A stretch of DNA of 64,000 nt from an uncultured Planctomycetota bacterium (GTDB lineage Bacteria > Planctomycetota > Planctomycetia > Isosphaerales > Isosphaeraceae), in NCBI GenBank assembly GCA_963743925.1, contig CAVURY010000050.1, positions 14,358 through 78,357 of the forward strand. Reading direction: 5' to 3'. This document shows, piece by piece, positions 40,764 to 51,700 of the stretch; within the stretch, counting starts at the first letter, position 1, and each line of letters opens with the position of its first letter. The notes under the pieces are model-generated. The model was not told where the DNA came from and did not search any database. It saw nothing but the letters and a program-made list of their open reading frames with translations. Made by a program: the position numbers and the translations under genes.

Positions 40764-41036
40764 ATGTTGTTCATGGTGATTGAACGATTCAAGGGCCGCG
40801 ACCCGTCCCCGGTCTACGACCGACTCCGCGAGCGAGGCCGTGCGCTACCCGCCGGCGTTCGATACGTCGAGAGCTGGGTCGAGGCCAACTTCGACCGTTG
40901 CTTTCAGATCGTGGAATGCGACGACGTGGTGCATCTTCAGCGCTGGGTCCTCCAGTGGAGGGACCTCGTCGAGTTCGAAATCGTGCCCGTCCTCCCGTCG
41001 AAGAGCGTGCAGGAGTTTTTCTCCGCCGAAGTATGA
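40764..41036 (+). CDS. DUF3303-family protein
   Basis: The sequence MLFMVIERFKGRDPSPVYDRLRERGRALPAGVRYVESWVEANFDRCFQIVECDD...FEIVPV. GGAGG lies 5 nt upstream of the ATG. Family assignment is from memory. Confidence 0.7.
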   Translation: MLFMVIERFKGRDPSPVYDRLRERGRALPAGVRYVESWVEANFDRCFQIVECDDVVHLQRWVLQWRDLVEFEIVPVLPSKSVQEFFSAEV

Positions 41037-41240
41037 ACCGGAAATCACCCCTCGCCGCCCGGGATCAGTCCGTTCGCGATCAACGTGATTGACAGTCTAG
41101 AGACGCCCGCCAAGAATCGAAGGAGGATCCTCGGATTCGAGCGTGCGCGGGGCTTCGGTCTGGCTCGGCTGCCGTACGATGATCGCCGAAAGCGGAAAAA
41201 GCGACTGACCCGGATCCGACCGGACCGGAGGGGATCTGCG

Positions 41241-42308
41241 ATGCAACGCCCGCCCATCGACCTGAGATCGGACACGGTCACGAAGCCGACACCCGCCATG
41301 CGTCGGGCGATGGCCGAGGCGGAGGTCGGCGACGACGTCTACGGCGACGACCCGACGGTCCGGGCGCTCGAGGAACGCGTCGCACAGCTCGTCGGCAAGG
41401 AGGCTGCGGTCTTCGTCCCGTCCGGCACGATGGCCAACCAGATCGCCATCGGCGTGAATACGCAACCCGGCGACGAACTCCTCTGCAGCACGACCTCGCA
41501 TGTTTACGTCTGGGAGTCCGGCGGCATCGCCCGGCTCTCGGGGGTGACGGCTCGGACATTCGAGGGCGATGGGGGCCTCCTGTCGCTCGACGAACTTCGA
41601 GACGCAATCCGGCCGGACGATCCCCATTACGTCCGGACGCGGTTGATTTGCCTGGAGAATACGCACAACCGAGGCGGCGGCCGGGTCCACCCGATTAAGA
41701 GCATCGCGGAGATCGGCCGCTGGGTTCGCGAGCATAACCTGGCTATGCACCTGGACGGTGCCCGGCTCATGAATGCGGTCGTCGCCTCGGGCGTCCTTGC
41801 TCGGGATTGGGCCCAGGACTTCAGCACGGTGTCCATGTGCTTCTCCAAGGGGCTCGGCGCACCGGTCGGCTCGGCCCTGGCGGGCTCGGGAGAGGCGGTC
41901 CGCCGGGCGCGTCGGCTCAGGAAGCTGTTCGGGGGAGGGATGCGGCAAGCGGGGATCATCGCGGCCGCGGCACTCTATGCCCTCGACCATCACGTCGACC
42001 GCCTGGCGACAGACCACGCCCACGCCAAGCTCTTGTCGCAAGCATTCGAAGACACCGAAGGATTCGCGATGGAATGCGGCCCGGTCGAGACCAACCTGGT
42101 TTGGATCGTCGTCAACCGCACGTTGGGGACCGCGGCCGAGGTGGCCTCGTATCTCCGCTCGCACGGCATCCTGGTGAGCGTGCTGGGGGCCCAGGTCATT
42201 CGCGCCTGCACCCATCTCGATGTCAGTCGCGAACAGGCCGAATTCGCCGCCAGCGTGATCCGGCAGACCGAGCCCGCGATGATTTCCGCAATGACACTCG
42301 TCTACTGA
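41241..42308 (+). CDS. ltaE: Low-specificity L-threonine aldolase
   Basis: Contains [40 protein letters not shown]...SGTMANQ...[12 protein letters not shown] (PLP lysine region). Confidence 0.85.
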   Translation: MQRPPIDLRSDTVTKPTPAMRRAMAEAEVGDDVYGDDPTVRALEERVAQLVGKEAAVFVPSGTMANQIAIGVNTQPGDELLCSTTSHVYVWESGGIARLSGVTARTFEGDGGLLSLDELRDAIRPDDPHYVRTRLICLENTHNRGGGRVHPIKSIAEIGRWVREHNLAMHLDGARLMNAVVASGVLARDWAQDFSTVSMCFSKGLGAPVGSALAGSGEAVRRARRLRKLFGGGMRQAGIIAAAALYALDHHVDRLATDHAHAKLLSQAFEDTEGFAMECGPVETNLVWIVVNRTLGTAAEVASYLRSHGILVSVLGAQVIRACTHLDVSREQAEFAASVIRQTEPAMISAMTLVY

Positions 42309-42328
42309 ACCGCAAGGAGACGGGCAAG

Positions 42329-43018
42329 TTGGAGTTATCCGGTGATCGGCCGCTGCACTCGTGGGATCTCGACACTTCCGAGGCCCGCGACCTTCAGAAG
42401 AAGCTCGCCGCGCGGGTGGACGCGCATCGCCCGTTACCACCCTATCAGACCATCGGCGGCGCCGACGTCTCGTACAACAAGTGGAGTCCCACCCTCTTCG
42501 CGGCGGTGGTCGTCCTCCGCGCCGACACCCTCGACCTGATCGAGCGGGCCGGAGTCGTGGCCGAGGCCTCTTTCCCGTACGTCCCGGGCCTCCTCAGCTT
42601 CCGCGAGGCGCCCGCCGTGATCGAAGCCTTTGGCAAGCTCACCATCCGTCCGGACGTGCTGATCTGCGACGGCCAGGGGACCGCTCATCCGCGACGACTC
42701 GGGCTGGCCTGCCATCTCGGTTTGTGGTTGGAGATCCCGACGATCGGTTGCGCGAAATCGCACCTGTTCGGCAACTACGAAGAGCCCGGCCCGTCGCGTG
42801 GCGACTGGTCCCCCATGACCGATGGAAACGAGACGATCGGCGCGGTCCTCCGGACGAGGGCGAAGATTAAACCGCTATTCGTCTCGCCCGGTCACCTCTG
42901 CAATCTCGAAGGTGCGATCGCGACCGTCCTGGCAGCCACGCCGAAATACCGGCAGCCGACAACGACCCGTTTGGCTCACAATTATGTCAATGAATTGAGA
43001 GTCAAGGGCGGGGTTTGA
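42329..43018 (+). CDS. nfi: Endonuclease V
   Basis: Contains ...GGADVSY...FPYVPGLLSFREAPAVIEAF...LICDGQGTAHPRRLGLACHLGLWLEIPTIGCAKS...PLFVSPGH. Start assigned to TTG 42329 with AAGGAGA 8 nt upstream. The earlier part of ORF 41807..43018 overlaps ltaE. Confidence 0.8.
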   Translation: MELSGDRPLHSWDLDTSEARDLQKKLAARVDAHRPLPPYQTIGGADVSYNKWSPTLFAAVVVLRADTLDLIERAGVVAEASFPYVPGLLSFREAPAVIEAFGKLTIRPDVLICDGQGTAHPRRLGLACHLGLWLEIPTIGCAKSHLFGNYEEPGPSRGDWSPMTDGNETIGAVLRTRAKIKPLFVSPGHLCNLEGAIATVLAATPKYRQPTTTRLAHNYVNELRVKGGV

Positions 43019-43190
43019 AGGAAACTCGGATCGTAGGGAAAGGTCTTCCACCTCACGCCGAACCTCGCGCCGCGCATCGTGTCCGGATTGGAGTAGCCGA
43101 GGTGCGCCGATCCCGGTCAAGATCGGTGCGACTCCGACCTCGGGTCGAGGAGTGCACGTCCACCCTTTCGCTGTCGCCAAGGCAATTCCC

Positions 43191-43745
43191 ATGGAAATCT
43201 CCGAGGGCGTCTACCTGGTGCCTGACCTGCTCTCGTCGCAGGAGTGCCGCGAGGCCATCGCATCGACCGAGGCTCGGGGATACGAGGCGGCGCCGATCAC
43301 TACGATGGGCGGATTCGAAATGCGCCCCGACATCCGGAACAACACGAGGGTCATCGTCAACGACACCGAGCGCGCCGAGGCACTGTGGCGGCGCAGTCGC
43401 GACGAGATCCCGGGGATCTTCCGAGGACGCCAGGCGATCGGTTTGAATGAACGATTCCGGTTTTATCGCTACGATCCCGGCGAGCGGTTCGCGCCTCATC
43501 GCGACGGCGCCTTCCATCGCGAAAATGGTGAGACGAGCTTGCTGACGTTCTTGATCTACCTGAACGAGGGGTTTGGCGGCGGCGAAACGGTCGTCGAGGG
43601 ACGGTCGATCGTCCCAAGGCAAGGGATGGCTCTGATCTTCGAGCATCAACTGCTGCACGAAGGAGCGGCCGTGACCAGCGGCCGCAAGTACGTCCTGCGG
43701 ACAGACGTCATGTTCGGCCGATTCGGCCAGTTCCGCGGATCATGA
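43191..43745 (+). CDS. 2OG-Fe(II) oxygenase (prolyl 4-hydroxylase-like)
   Basis: Contains RFYRYDPGERFAPHRDG (the HxD motif) and ...MALIFEHQLLHEGAAVTSGRKYVLRTDVMF (distal His and Arg). Confidence 0.8.
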   Translation: MEISEGVYLVPDLLSSQECREAIASTEARGYEAAPITTMGGFEMRPDIRNNTRVIVNDTERAEALWRRSRDEIPGIFRGRQAIGLNERFRFYRYDPGERFAPHRDGAFHRENGETSLLTFLIYLNEGFGGGETVVEGRSIVPRQGMALIFEHQLLHEGAAVTSGRKYVLRTDVMFGRFGQFRGS

Positions 43746-43880
43746 TCGGTTCGGACGGCGACGGGACTATCGAACTCGGCCGCGACGTCGCGCTTCATCT
43801 CTTGAGTCTCTCGAACAAGTCCGAGACTGAGACCGATGCTGCTCGATCCCACCCGTAGAACGACCCCAATCCCAGCCCTC

Positions 43881-45578
43881 TCACCTCGGTGGGTTGATGA
43901 TGGACATCTCTTCGCTGCGAGAGCCGTCCTTGCGCATTCCGTGGCGGAGGGCCCCGTCGAGTGCAAACTTGAGCGATTCGCCCAGACCGCGCTGGCGGAT
44001 CTCGATCAAGCGATCGTGGCAGCGTACATAGGCATCGATCACCAGCGGATCCCACTGAGTACCGGCCCCCTGTCGGAGGATCGCATCGACGCGGTCAGCG
44101 GCCATCGCGACCCTGTAAGGGCGTGTCGTGTTCATCGCATCGAAGCTGTCAGCGACCGCGAGGATGCGTGCAATTAGTGGGATCGCGTCACCCTTCAATC
44201 CTTCGGGATAGCCCCCGCCGTCGTAGCGTTCGTGGTGGTAGAGCACTCCCGGGAGCAAGTGGGCGATGCCGTGGAGGTCGGCCAGGATGCGGTGGCCGAT
44301 GACCGGGTGCTCCTGGATGTGTTTGAACTCTTCGGGCGTCAGGGGGCCGTTCTTCGTGAGGACTTCGTCGCGCACGCCGATCTTGCCGATGTCATGCAAG
44401 AGGCCGGCCAGGTGGATGTCGCTCAATTCGTCCTCCGACAGGCCGAGGGTTCGCCCCAATTCGACGGCGGCGCGCGCCACGCGCTCGCTGTGACCGAACG
44501 TGTACGCGTCCTTGGCGTCGATCGCCGCGGTGAGCGAGCGGGTCAGCCCGACCAGGAGATCTTTGATGTTTTGATAACGCCGGGAGGCTCGCAAGTGGAG
44601 TCCGAGCAGCGAGGCGAAAGGCAGGATGAGCACCGCGTCCGAGCGGCGGAACGGCATGCTGACGGAGGGATCTTTCCCGGACTGGACGCGCGCGGCGCCC
44701 GGACTCGTCCGAACGGCCCGGCCAACTGGACCCCTGACCGATCCTTGCTGCTTGTTGATCGCGAGCACCCATCCCGAAAGCTTCTCTTCCGCGATCGGGA
44801 CCGCCAGCACGTTATGGATCTGCGGGAAGCGCACGGCCCAGGCATTCTCCCGCGCCTGATTGATGAGCACGTAAGGCTGCTCTTCAGGGCCCGGCTGATT
44901 GGCAAGGATGTTGACGAGTTGGCCTCCATCCCACGGCGAGAGGATCCGATCTCCCTCGAAGAGGACCTCCTCCTCGCGTTGCGAGGGGATCCACGCCAGC
45001 AACTGCACCCCCAGCAACGCGCGACAGACGCGGAGGATCCTCCTCCGTTCCCGCGCGGGCTCCTTGTGGAATTTCGCGGAGAGGTGCAGTCGTTCAAGTC
45101 CCATGATCGCCTCCCAGGCTAACCTCGAGCGCTGGTCCTGCTCGAAATGGTTCCTCCGGGAATCGCGGGCGTCGAGGTCGGCCCGGATTCGGTCGTGGAC
45201 CGATCGAGCCCATTTCTGCAACCGGAATTGCTCCCGCGAGGTGTCCCCGGACGACCCGGAGAGCGCGCCCATGACCCCGAGTGCGACCATGCGCGAGAGT
45301 CCGATGCCGGAAAGGGGGAACACGATCTGGTAAGCCCCGCCCGCCAACGGCACAACCATCGGCCTCTCTTCCGATGCCAGTTTGCAGGCCGTCCCACGTT
45401 CTCCCGACACGCCCGGCGACTCGCACTCCGCCTGTCCCTGCACGATCACCCGACTGCCCGTCGCATCGTAGAAGCGGAACGGCGTGTCGAACTCCTCCCG
45501 AAGGACGACGGACAGGGCCTTCAATTCCGGGGGCGTCGCGCGGGGGGATTCTTTCGGCATGGACGGAACGCTGGAGAG
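43881..45578 (-). CDS. HD-GYP domain c-di-GMP phosphodiesterase-type response protein with an uncharacterised N-terminal sensor region
   Basis: Contains ...TFGHSERVA...LHDIGKIGV...HHERYDGGGYPEGL. Start at MLSSVPSMPKE. The 818-aa ORF extension would overlap the kinase gene. Confidence 0.8.
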   Translation of the reverse strand, partial: LSSVPSMPKESPRATPPELKALSVVLREEFDTPFRFYDATGSRVIVQGQAECESPGVSGERGTACKLASEERPMVVPLAGGAYQIVFPLSGIGLSRMVALGVMGALSGSSGDTSREQFRLQKWARSVHDRIRADLDARDSRRNHFEQDQRSRLAWEAIMGLERLHLSAKFHKEPARERRRILRVCRALLGVQLLAWIPSQREEEVLFEGDRILSPWDGGQLVNILANQPGPEEQPYVLINQARENAWAVRFPQIHNVLAVPIAEEKLSGWVLAINKQQGSVRGPVGRAVRTSPGAARVQSGKDPSVSMPFRRSDAVLILPFASLLGLHLRASRRYQNIKDLLVGLTRSLTAAIDAKDAYTFGHSERVARAAVELGRTLGLSEDELSDIHLAGLLHDIGKIGVRDEVLTKNGPLTPEEFKHIQEHPVIGHRILADLHGIAHLLPGVLYHHERYDGGGYPEGLKGDAIPLIARILAVADSFDAMNTTRPYRVAMAADRVDAILRQGAGTQWDPLVIDAYVRCHDRLIEIRQRGLGESLKFALDGALRHGMRKDGSRSEEMSIINPPR

Positions 45579-45651
45579 CATGGATATCGGACTCCACGAA
45601 GTGTTCGGACCTTCCCGCAGAACGGTAGCTGACGCGGGAAGCTTGAGGCCG

Positions 45652-48600
45652 TTAATTCCGGGTCCGGCTCCGGTCTGCCAGGCGACGGAATTGCGCGAGC
45701 GTGCGGACCGCCTCGAAATCGGGATCCTTGTCGGCCTGGGCGGCGTCCGCTCCTTCGGCGAGTGCCCGCTCGAGGAGGTCGATGGACTGGTTGGCGAGGG
45801 CCGTCGTGCCGGCCTTGCCATATGCCCGGGCGGCGACGCAAGCCGCGGCGTATAATGTCGCCGGTGAACGGGGCTCGCGCTCGAGGCACCCATTGATCTC
45901 GCGTGCGGCCGCATCACAGTCACCCCGGCGCGCCAGCAAGATGGCCCGGTAGCGGCGCGCCTCGATGCGCATCGGGTCGGCCGCGATCGCACGGTCGAAA
46001 TCACCGAGAGCCCGCGCTTCTTCGCCTCCAGACATGGCGAGCATGCCGCGCCCGTATAACGCCTGGACGTTGCGAGGGTCGCGACGCAGGACGTCGTCGA
46101 ATGCCTTGCGAGCCCGACCGGGATCGCGTGCGGAGATGGCAAACCCGTAGGACCAGGACAGACGCGCGCGCGTCGAGTCAGGCAGGCCGTCGACATGATC
46201 GAAGCAGACCCGAAATGCGTCATCCGCCTCGTCGTGCCGCCCCAGTCCTTCCAGGGCGACACCACGTCCGGCGGATACGATCGCGTCCCCTCCGCCCAGG
46301 GAGGAAGCCCGATCGAAGTCCGCCAGTGCCGCGGCATGCTGCTTCAGTTCGAGCCGCGCCAGACCGCGATTGACGTACGCCGGCACGAGGCCGGGATCGC
46401 GCGCAATGGCCGCGGTATAGTCCAGGACGGCCGCGGCCTTGTTGCCGGCCCGGTCGAGGACGCATCCGCGATTGAAGTAACCCCAGGCGAATTCCGGCCA
46501 GATTCCGGTGCACTGGCCGAAATCGCTCGACGCCCCCACGAGGTCGCCACCATTCAGGCGGCAGATCCCTCTCTGAACCAGCGACCAGTAATGTTGCGGG
46601 TTAAGTTTGAGGGCTTCGTCCAGTTCGACCATGGCCGCACGGAGCCCTTCCGGTCCGCCTCTCAGCGCCAGGGACGTGGCGACCAGATAGTGATCTCGAA
46701 AGGTCGTGGCCGGGATTTGCTCGGCTTGACGACGGGACCAGGCGGCCAATCGCGCATCGCCTTGCAGCGACCAGTAACCGGCCCGTTCGAGCCATAAAGC
46801 CCGGGAAGGGGGCAGGCCGGGAATCGACTCGGCTCGGTCGAGGATGTCCAGGGCGTCGCGAGCGGCTAGCTTCGTGCCCGCCGACAGTCGCACTCGTCCG
46901 GCGGCGAGGAGCAGGAGCAACTCGCGCCGATCTTCGGCGACCCGTTGACGATCTTCCGAGCCGAGCCGCAGCCAGGCCGGATGTCGGGCCCAGTCGGGAT
47001 CCTCGGGGGCGCCGAAGAGGGCCAGCGTCCGCTCGCAGGCGGCGATCCCTCGACTCAGGTGGTCCTGCATGTCCAGCCGAGTGTTGACCAGGCACAGCGC
47101 CTTCGTGACGCCGGCGTCATGCTCCCGGATCAGGTCGCGAGATCGCGAGTCGGCCAGTTGGGAGCGGGTGGCCGCCAGCGCCCAGCCGACGGCCAGCAAG
47201 ACGAGCGCGGCGGCCGCGGCCACCGTTGACGACGAGGCGAGGCGCGGATGCCGGCGGGCGAACTTCCGGACCCGCTCCACGCGGCTCAGCTCGGGGGCGT
47301 GCTTCAATGGGCGGTCCTCGAGCAGCCGCCGCAGGTCGTCCGCGAGTTGACCCGCGTCCTGATATCGATCGGTCGCATCGGCCGCGAGGCACTTGCGGAC
47401 GATGCTCTCCATGCCCCAGGAAAGATCCGGACGATTCAGACGAACCGATGCGATCGCACGGCTGCGCTCCACGGCCATCGCCTCGATCTGCAAAGGAAGT
47501 GCGGAGTAGCTCCCGCTCTGCTCGAACGGTCGATGGCCCGTGAGCATCTCGCCCAGGACCATCCCCAGCGAGTAGATGTCCGAACGGTGGTCGACCTCCC
47601 GGATCAGCGCGGGCGTGCGACCGACGAGGGCGCGGAGGTGTTCGGGGGCCATGTAGGCGATGGTCCCGCCGATGGTGGCGCGCGACGGGTCGTCTTCCTC
47701 GGCATGGGAAAGGTTGAAGTCCAGGAGCAGCGGCTGACCCTCGGCGCTGATCAGGATGTTCGACGGCTTGATGTCGCGGTGGACGATGCCCCGCTGATGG
47801 GCATGGTGCAGCCCTTCGGCGAGCTGCGCCACGATCAAGGCCGCCACGCGCTCGTAACTCGGATCCCGCAGGGCCGCCAAGGGCGCCGCCAGATCAGGAC
47901 CGGCGAACTCGCTCGGCTCAGGCGACCAATATCCGGATTCCGACGCGCAGACGGCGGCCACCCCCTTGCGGAGACGCTCCGGCCGCGGCGATTCGACCGA
48001 CGCCAGCGCCCGAACGAACTGCTCGCCGGAGACCGCACCGGGCGAATCGGCCCAGAGCCTGGCCAGGATTGCGGAGAGGCTAGCGCCGCCCAGATAGGGC
48101 ATGCAGACGGCCCGAAGGCCCGCGCGGTGATCCTCGTGCAAGGAATAAATCGGGACGATATTGGTGTGCAGGAGCTGGGCGAGCGTCTGCGGCTCGGTCC
48201 CTTCGAGGTCGCTGATCTTCAGGACGACGGGTCGGGCCGCCAGGTCGGCCTCCTCCGCCAGGAAGACGCGGGCGAACGCGCCCTCTCCCAGGGCACGACA
48301 GAGGCGGAAGCCGAAGACCTCGTCCCCCACGTCGGGCAGGCGGAGGGAAGACCCCGCGACGTCGCTCTGCTCGCCCGTGGAGCGGAGCGCGGCCTCCCGC
48401 GCCCGCAGCCCCTCCAACGATCGGGATTGCTCGGGGAAGCGATCCTGGTAATCCGAGAGGCTTGTTGATCGATCCCGACGCCGCCTCTGAAGATAGTCTT
48501 CCAGGAGCAAGCTGGCGGCGTCCGGATCTCTTTTCGGATCGGTGGGCCAGCGGTTCAGCAACTCCTCGGGTCGCTCGGGTCGCTCCTCCATCCAGCCTCT

Positions 48601-48714
48601 TCGCTGCTCTTCGAGGATCGCCCGCTTCCGTGCCCTCACGGTAGAGAATACCGCCTGTGACGTACCACGGCCATCGAGACAATCTCGTTTCCCGTCGTCG
48701 ATTCCGGAGGCCAT
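45652..48714 (-). CDS. Ser/Thr protein kinase with a TM helix and long C-terminal TPR region
   Basis: Kinase motifs GEGAFARVFLA, VVLKI, HRDIKPSNIL, DFNLS and APE. TM helix LASSSTVAAAAALVLLAVGWALAA. Followed by many TPR-like repeats. Confidence 0.9.
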   Translation of the reverse strand: MASGIDDGKRDCLDGRGTSQAVFSTVRARKRAILEEQRRGWMEERPERPEELLNRWPTDPKRDPDAASLLLEDYLQRRRRDRSTSLSDYQDRFPEQSRSLEGLRAREAALRSTGEQSDVAGSSLRLPDVGDEVFGFRLCRALGEGAFARVFLAEEADLAARPVVLKISDLEGTEPQTLAQLLHTNIVPIYSLHEDHRAGLRAVCMPYLGGASLSAILARLWADSPGAVSGEQFVRALASVESPRPERLRKGVAAVCASESGYWSPEPSEFAGPDLAAPLAALRDPSYERVAALIVAQLAEGLHHAHQRGIVHRDIKPSNILISAEGQPLLLDFNLSHAEEDDPSRATIGGTIAYMAPEHLRALVGRTPALIREVDHRSDIYSLGMVLGEMLTGHRPFEQSGSYSALPLQIEAMAVERSRAIASVRLNRPDLSWGMESIVRKCLAADATDRYQDAGQLADDLRRLLEDRPLKHAPELSRVERVRKFARRHPRLASSSTVAAAAALVLLAVGWALAATRSQLADSRSRDLIREHDAGVTKALCLVNTRLDMQDHLSRGIAACERTLALFGAPEDPDWARHPAWLRLGSEDRQRVAEDRRELLLLLAAGRVRLSAGTKLAARDALDILDRAESIPGLPPSRALWLERAGYWSLQGDARLAAWSRRQAEQIPATTFRDHYLVATSLALRGGPEGLRAAMVELDEALKLNPQHYWSLVQRGICRLNGGDLVGASSDFGQCTGIWPEFAWGYFNRGCVLDRAGNKAAAVLDYTAAIARDPGLVPAYVNRGLARLELKQHAAALADFDRASSLGGGDAIVSAGRGVALEGLGRHDEADDAFRVCFDHVDGLPDSTRARLSWSYGFAISARDPGRARKAFDDVLRRDPRNVQALYGRGMLAMSGGEEARALGDFDRAIAADPMRIEARRYRAILLARRGDCDAAAREINGCLEREPRSPATLYAAACVAARAYGKAGTTALANQSIDLLERALAEGADAAQADKDPDFEAVRTLAQFRRLADRSRTRN

Positions 48715-48735
48715 GCGTCCCTCGGGTTCTTGTCG

Positions 48736-51700
48736 TCAGGCGTGCGACGTTCCGCCGGGCATCACCACGGAGCGGGATCGTCGAACCTTCCGATACGGTC
48801 TTCCGCCCTTCGGCGAGATCAGGGTCTCATCGGCGTGCGGCCGTCGAGGTTCGATCGTCTTATCATCCGATCGAACCTGGCTTCCACACGGCCTCTTCCT
48901 CCAGCCTAGGCCACGAACGGCCGATCGCGCCAGATTCATGCTCGAAAGGACCATACCCGTAAACACCGCGCACGCCGTCCAGTCCCACACCGAGGCGACC
49001 TTCACTTTGTCACGGCCGACGCCGACGTCCACGGCCGTCGCGGAAGCGGGGATCGGGGAGACGGCTTGCGAAACGATCCGGCCCCCGGAGTCGTCCGATC
49101 CATCCGGATAGGCGACGCTCTCATAGCCGGGCACGATCAGGTCGATCGGTGACGAGGAACTCACAACGGACGAGAGAACCGCACTGAGCTCGCTGGAAGC
49201 GCCCTTGAAGGGGACGGCCACGTCCTTCTCGAGCGGAACGACCGGCTTATCCATCTCGGCCAACTTCAGGTCGAGAGCCTCGATCGCAACGTTTCCCTGA
49301 CCGCCTTGAGACGAAGGGATTGCCTGGGTCAAGATCACCATGCTCGCGACCAATTGATCGATGGCCCCCGAGGCGGTCTCACCCAGGGCGAGCTGCACTG
49401 GAGCGGCCACCGACCGACCGGCAGCGATTCCCCCCGCTCCGCCGAGCGGACTCATCCCGAGGCTTGCCAGCCCGCTCGTTGAAGAGAGCTGGGCCAGGCT
49501 CGACGCGAGGGGATACGCCACGGAATCGACGGGAGTCATTCCGACACCGGAATTCCCCCCACCGGAGACTCCCGAACCCGGTCCGATTGTGATGGGACCG
49601 TACGTGACGGGACTGCTCGCGATGGGACCGCTTGGACCGTAACCGTTCGAGGGAGAGAAGCCGCTACCTCCGCCGCCGCCGATTCCGTCCAGTTGGATTT
49701 GCAGGGCGGGGGCTGGGCCATCCAGCAGCGGTGGTGCGTTATCCTGTTGTCCGGTAAAACCGATGATCAGGTGGTAGGAGACGGTCGCCGATTGGCCTTT
49801 GGTCCACCCTCCCACAGCGATCGTGTAAGTCCCCGCGTCCAAGGGCGTCGAGAAGAACAGCCCGTTGTTCGAGACGATCAGATTCATCGGCTGACCGGCG
49901 GCGTCCTTGATAGTCACCCCGATCCCGCCGGGAAGATCATCGCCGCTCAACCTGAACGTATAGTTCTGGGCCTGGAGAACCTTGATGACGTAAACGTCAT
50001 CCGTCGCGGAGGATGCCTGAGCCGTGCCGGAATAGGGATAGCGTACGATGGTGACGTTCGCCTGGAGCTCGTCGGGATAGAGGACTCCAATCTGCTGGGG
50101 ACCATCCTGGCCGGCCTGCGAGAGGATCGTGAATCCGCCGAGATCGCTGCCCCATATGCCGCGGTCGGGCCCATACACCACGAAGGGGATCACGTAGTCT
50201 CCGCTCGGAGAGTTGCCCTCGAGCGCGTTGCCTCCGAGGTCGGTCAGACCTCCGGGCCCCGAGAGGTGCAGAGTATATGAGCCATTCCCCAGGCCATCAG
50301 AGCCATTCCCCAGGCCGTCGAGCATCTGGAAGGTCGCCTGGTTCGTCGCTCGATCATACGACAGGAATCGCGGGTAATAGATTGTCCCGTCGGAACTCTG
50401 GATAAAGACCTGGGGGAGCGTCCCTTGATTTTGCGTCTGGAACGCCTCGAAGGCGAGCTGCTGAAGATTCACCGGAGCGGAGAATTGCACCATGATCTGA
50501 GTTGGAGCCTGGTCGAGCACCTGACCGCTCGCGGGCGACGAAGCCACGACAACCGGCGGATTCGGGGACGCCTGGACGAGCAGATTCAGGACGTACGGGC
50601 CGGTGCTCCAGCCGAGTTGGGCGCTGCCGGGCACATTGGGATCGAGGAGGCCGGGGCTGCCGGCCGGCTGGCCTTCCAGCGGACAAGGCGTGTTGGAGGC
50701 ATCGGCCACTGCGAGATAATAGCTTCCGGCCGTCAAGCCGTCAGCCAACTCGGGGTCGGAGAAAAGCGGGATCGACCCGTCGGTGCCCTGCGTGGGATTG
50801 AGTGTGCCATCATTTCCTGCCAGGAAGACGAGCGAGCCATCGCTCGGATCGACTTCGTACAGGCTGAGTCCGGGGTCAAGCGGCGAGCCGATTCGGCCCG
50901 CGAAGACCTCGGCCAGCAAGGTGTACCGACCAGAACCGGTGATCTGGAAGTGATAGAGGTCCACCTGGTTGGCGGGATCGGCAGACAGGATCGGATTGAA
51001 GGCCGGGTCGACGCCGATGGCACCCCTGACCTGCACGAGCCCGACGCCCGTCACGTCGCCCAGAGTTCGGGCCGTGGACGCCGTATCATCCGAGCCGGTC
51101 GCGCCGCCCACGCCGTCGATTCCATCGACTCGGAATGAGTAGGTCACATCGGCGCCAGATGGGTGCGCGCTGTCGAAGCCGAGTGGAACACCGTTTGGAT
51201 CGGCCAGTACGCTCTGGTTCGTGCTCGAATCGCCGAGGAGCCGGACCACATAGTTGCCCGGCGCCAGCGGTGCCAGCGGGAAAAGCTGGAGCTCATTCGC
51301 CGAGGCGGAGAAGTTGACCGAGGCCAGCGTGATTTGACTACTCGTACCATCGTCGAGCGACCCATCCGGGGCGGAGATAAGCTGGACGGTCTGTCCCGGG
51401 ACGACCGTACCGGGATCGATCGGACCGCTCATCTCCAGTCGGATCGCCAGGGGAGAGCTGGTGAGGACCGCTCCCGGCGCGGGATCGGAGGAAAGAACCA
51501 TGGGTCCGTCCCCTGAGAGTCGCAGGTCGGTCGAGGTGATTGTCAACTCATAACTGCCGGTCGCCCCGTCGAATCCGCTCCCCGCGATCACCGGGGAGAA
51601 GTCGAGATTCCCGGCTCCGCTGATGGCCACGAAATAATCGCCAGGCCCGAGATTCTGGTCGTCCTCGGCGACCCCGCTCGTCGCGCTCGTCTCCACCTGG

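Noticed and set aside
41807-42328. Upstream part of the 403-aa ORF containing endonuclease V.
   Set aside because: It is an out-of-frame read-through of ltaE (Arg/Gly/Pro-rich). Endonuclease V homology begins after the ltaE stop, where a TTG with a good Shine-Dalgarno sequence is available.
45579-46337. N-terminal 253-codon extension of the HD-GYP ORF (818-aa version).
   Set aside because: It overlaps the 3' end of the Ser/Thr kinase gene in another frame and is Arg/Ser/Pro-rich nonsense. The ATG at 45578 gives a sensible protein with a 73-nt intergenic gap.
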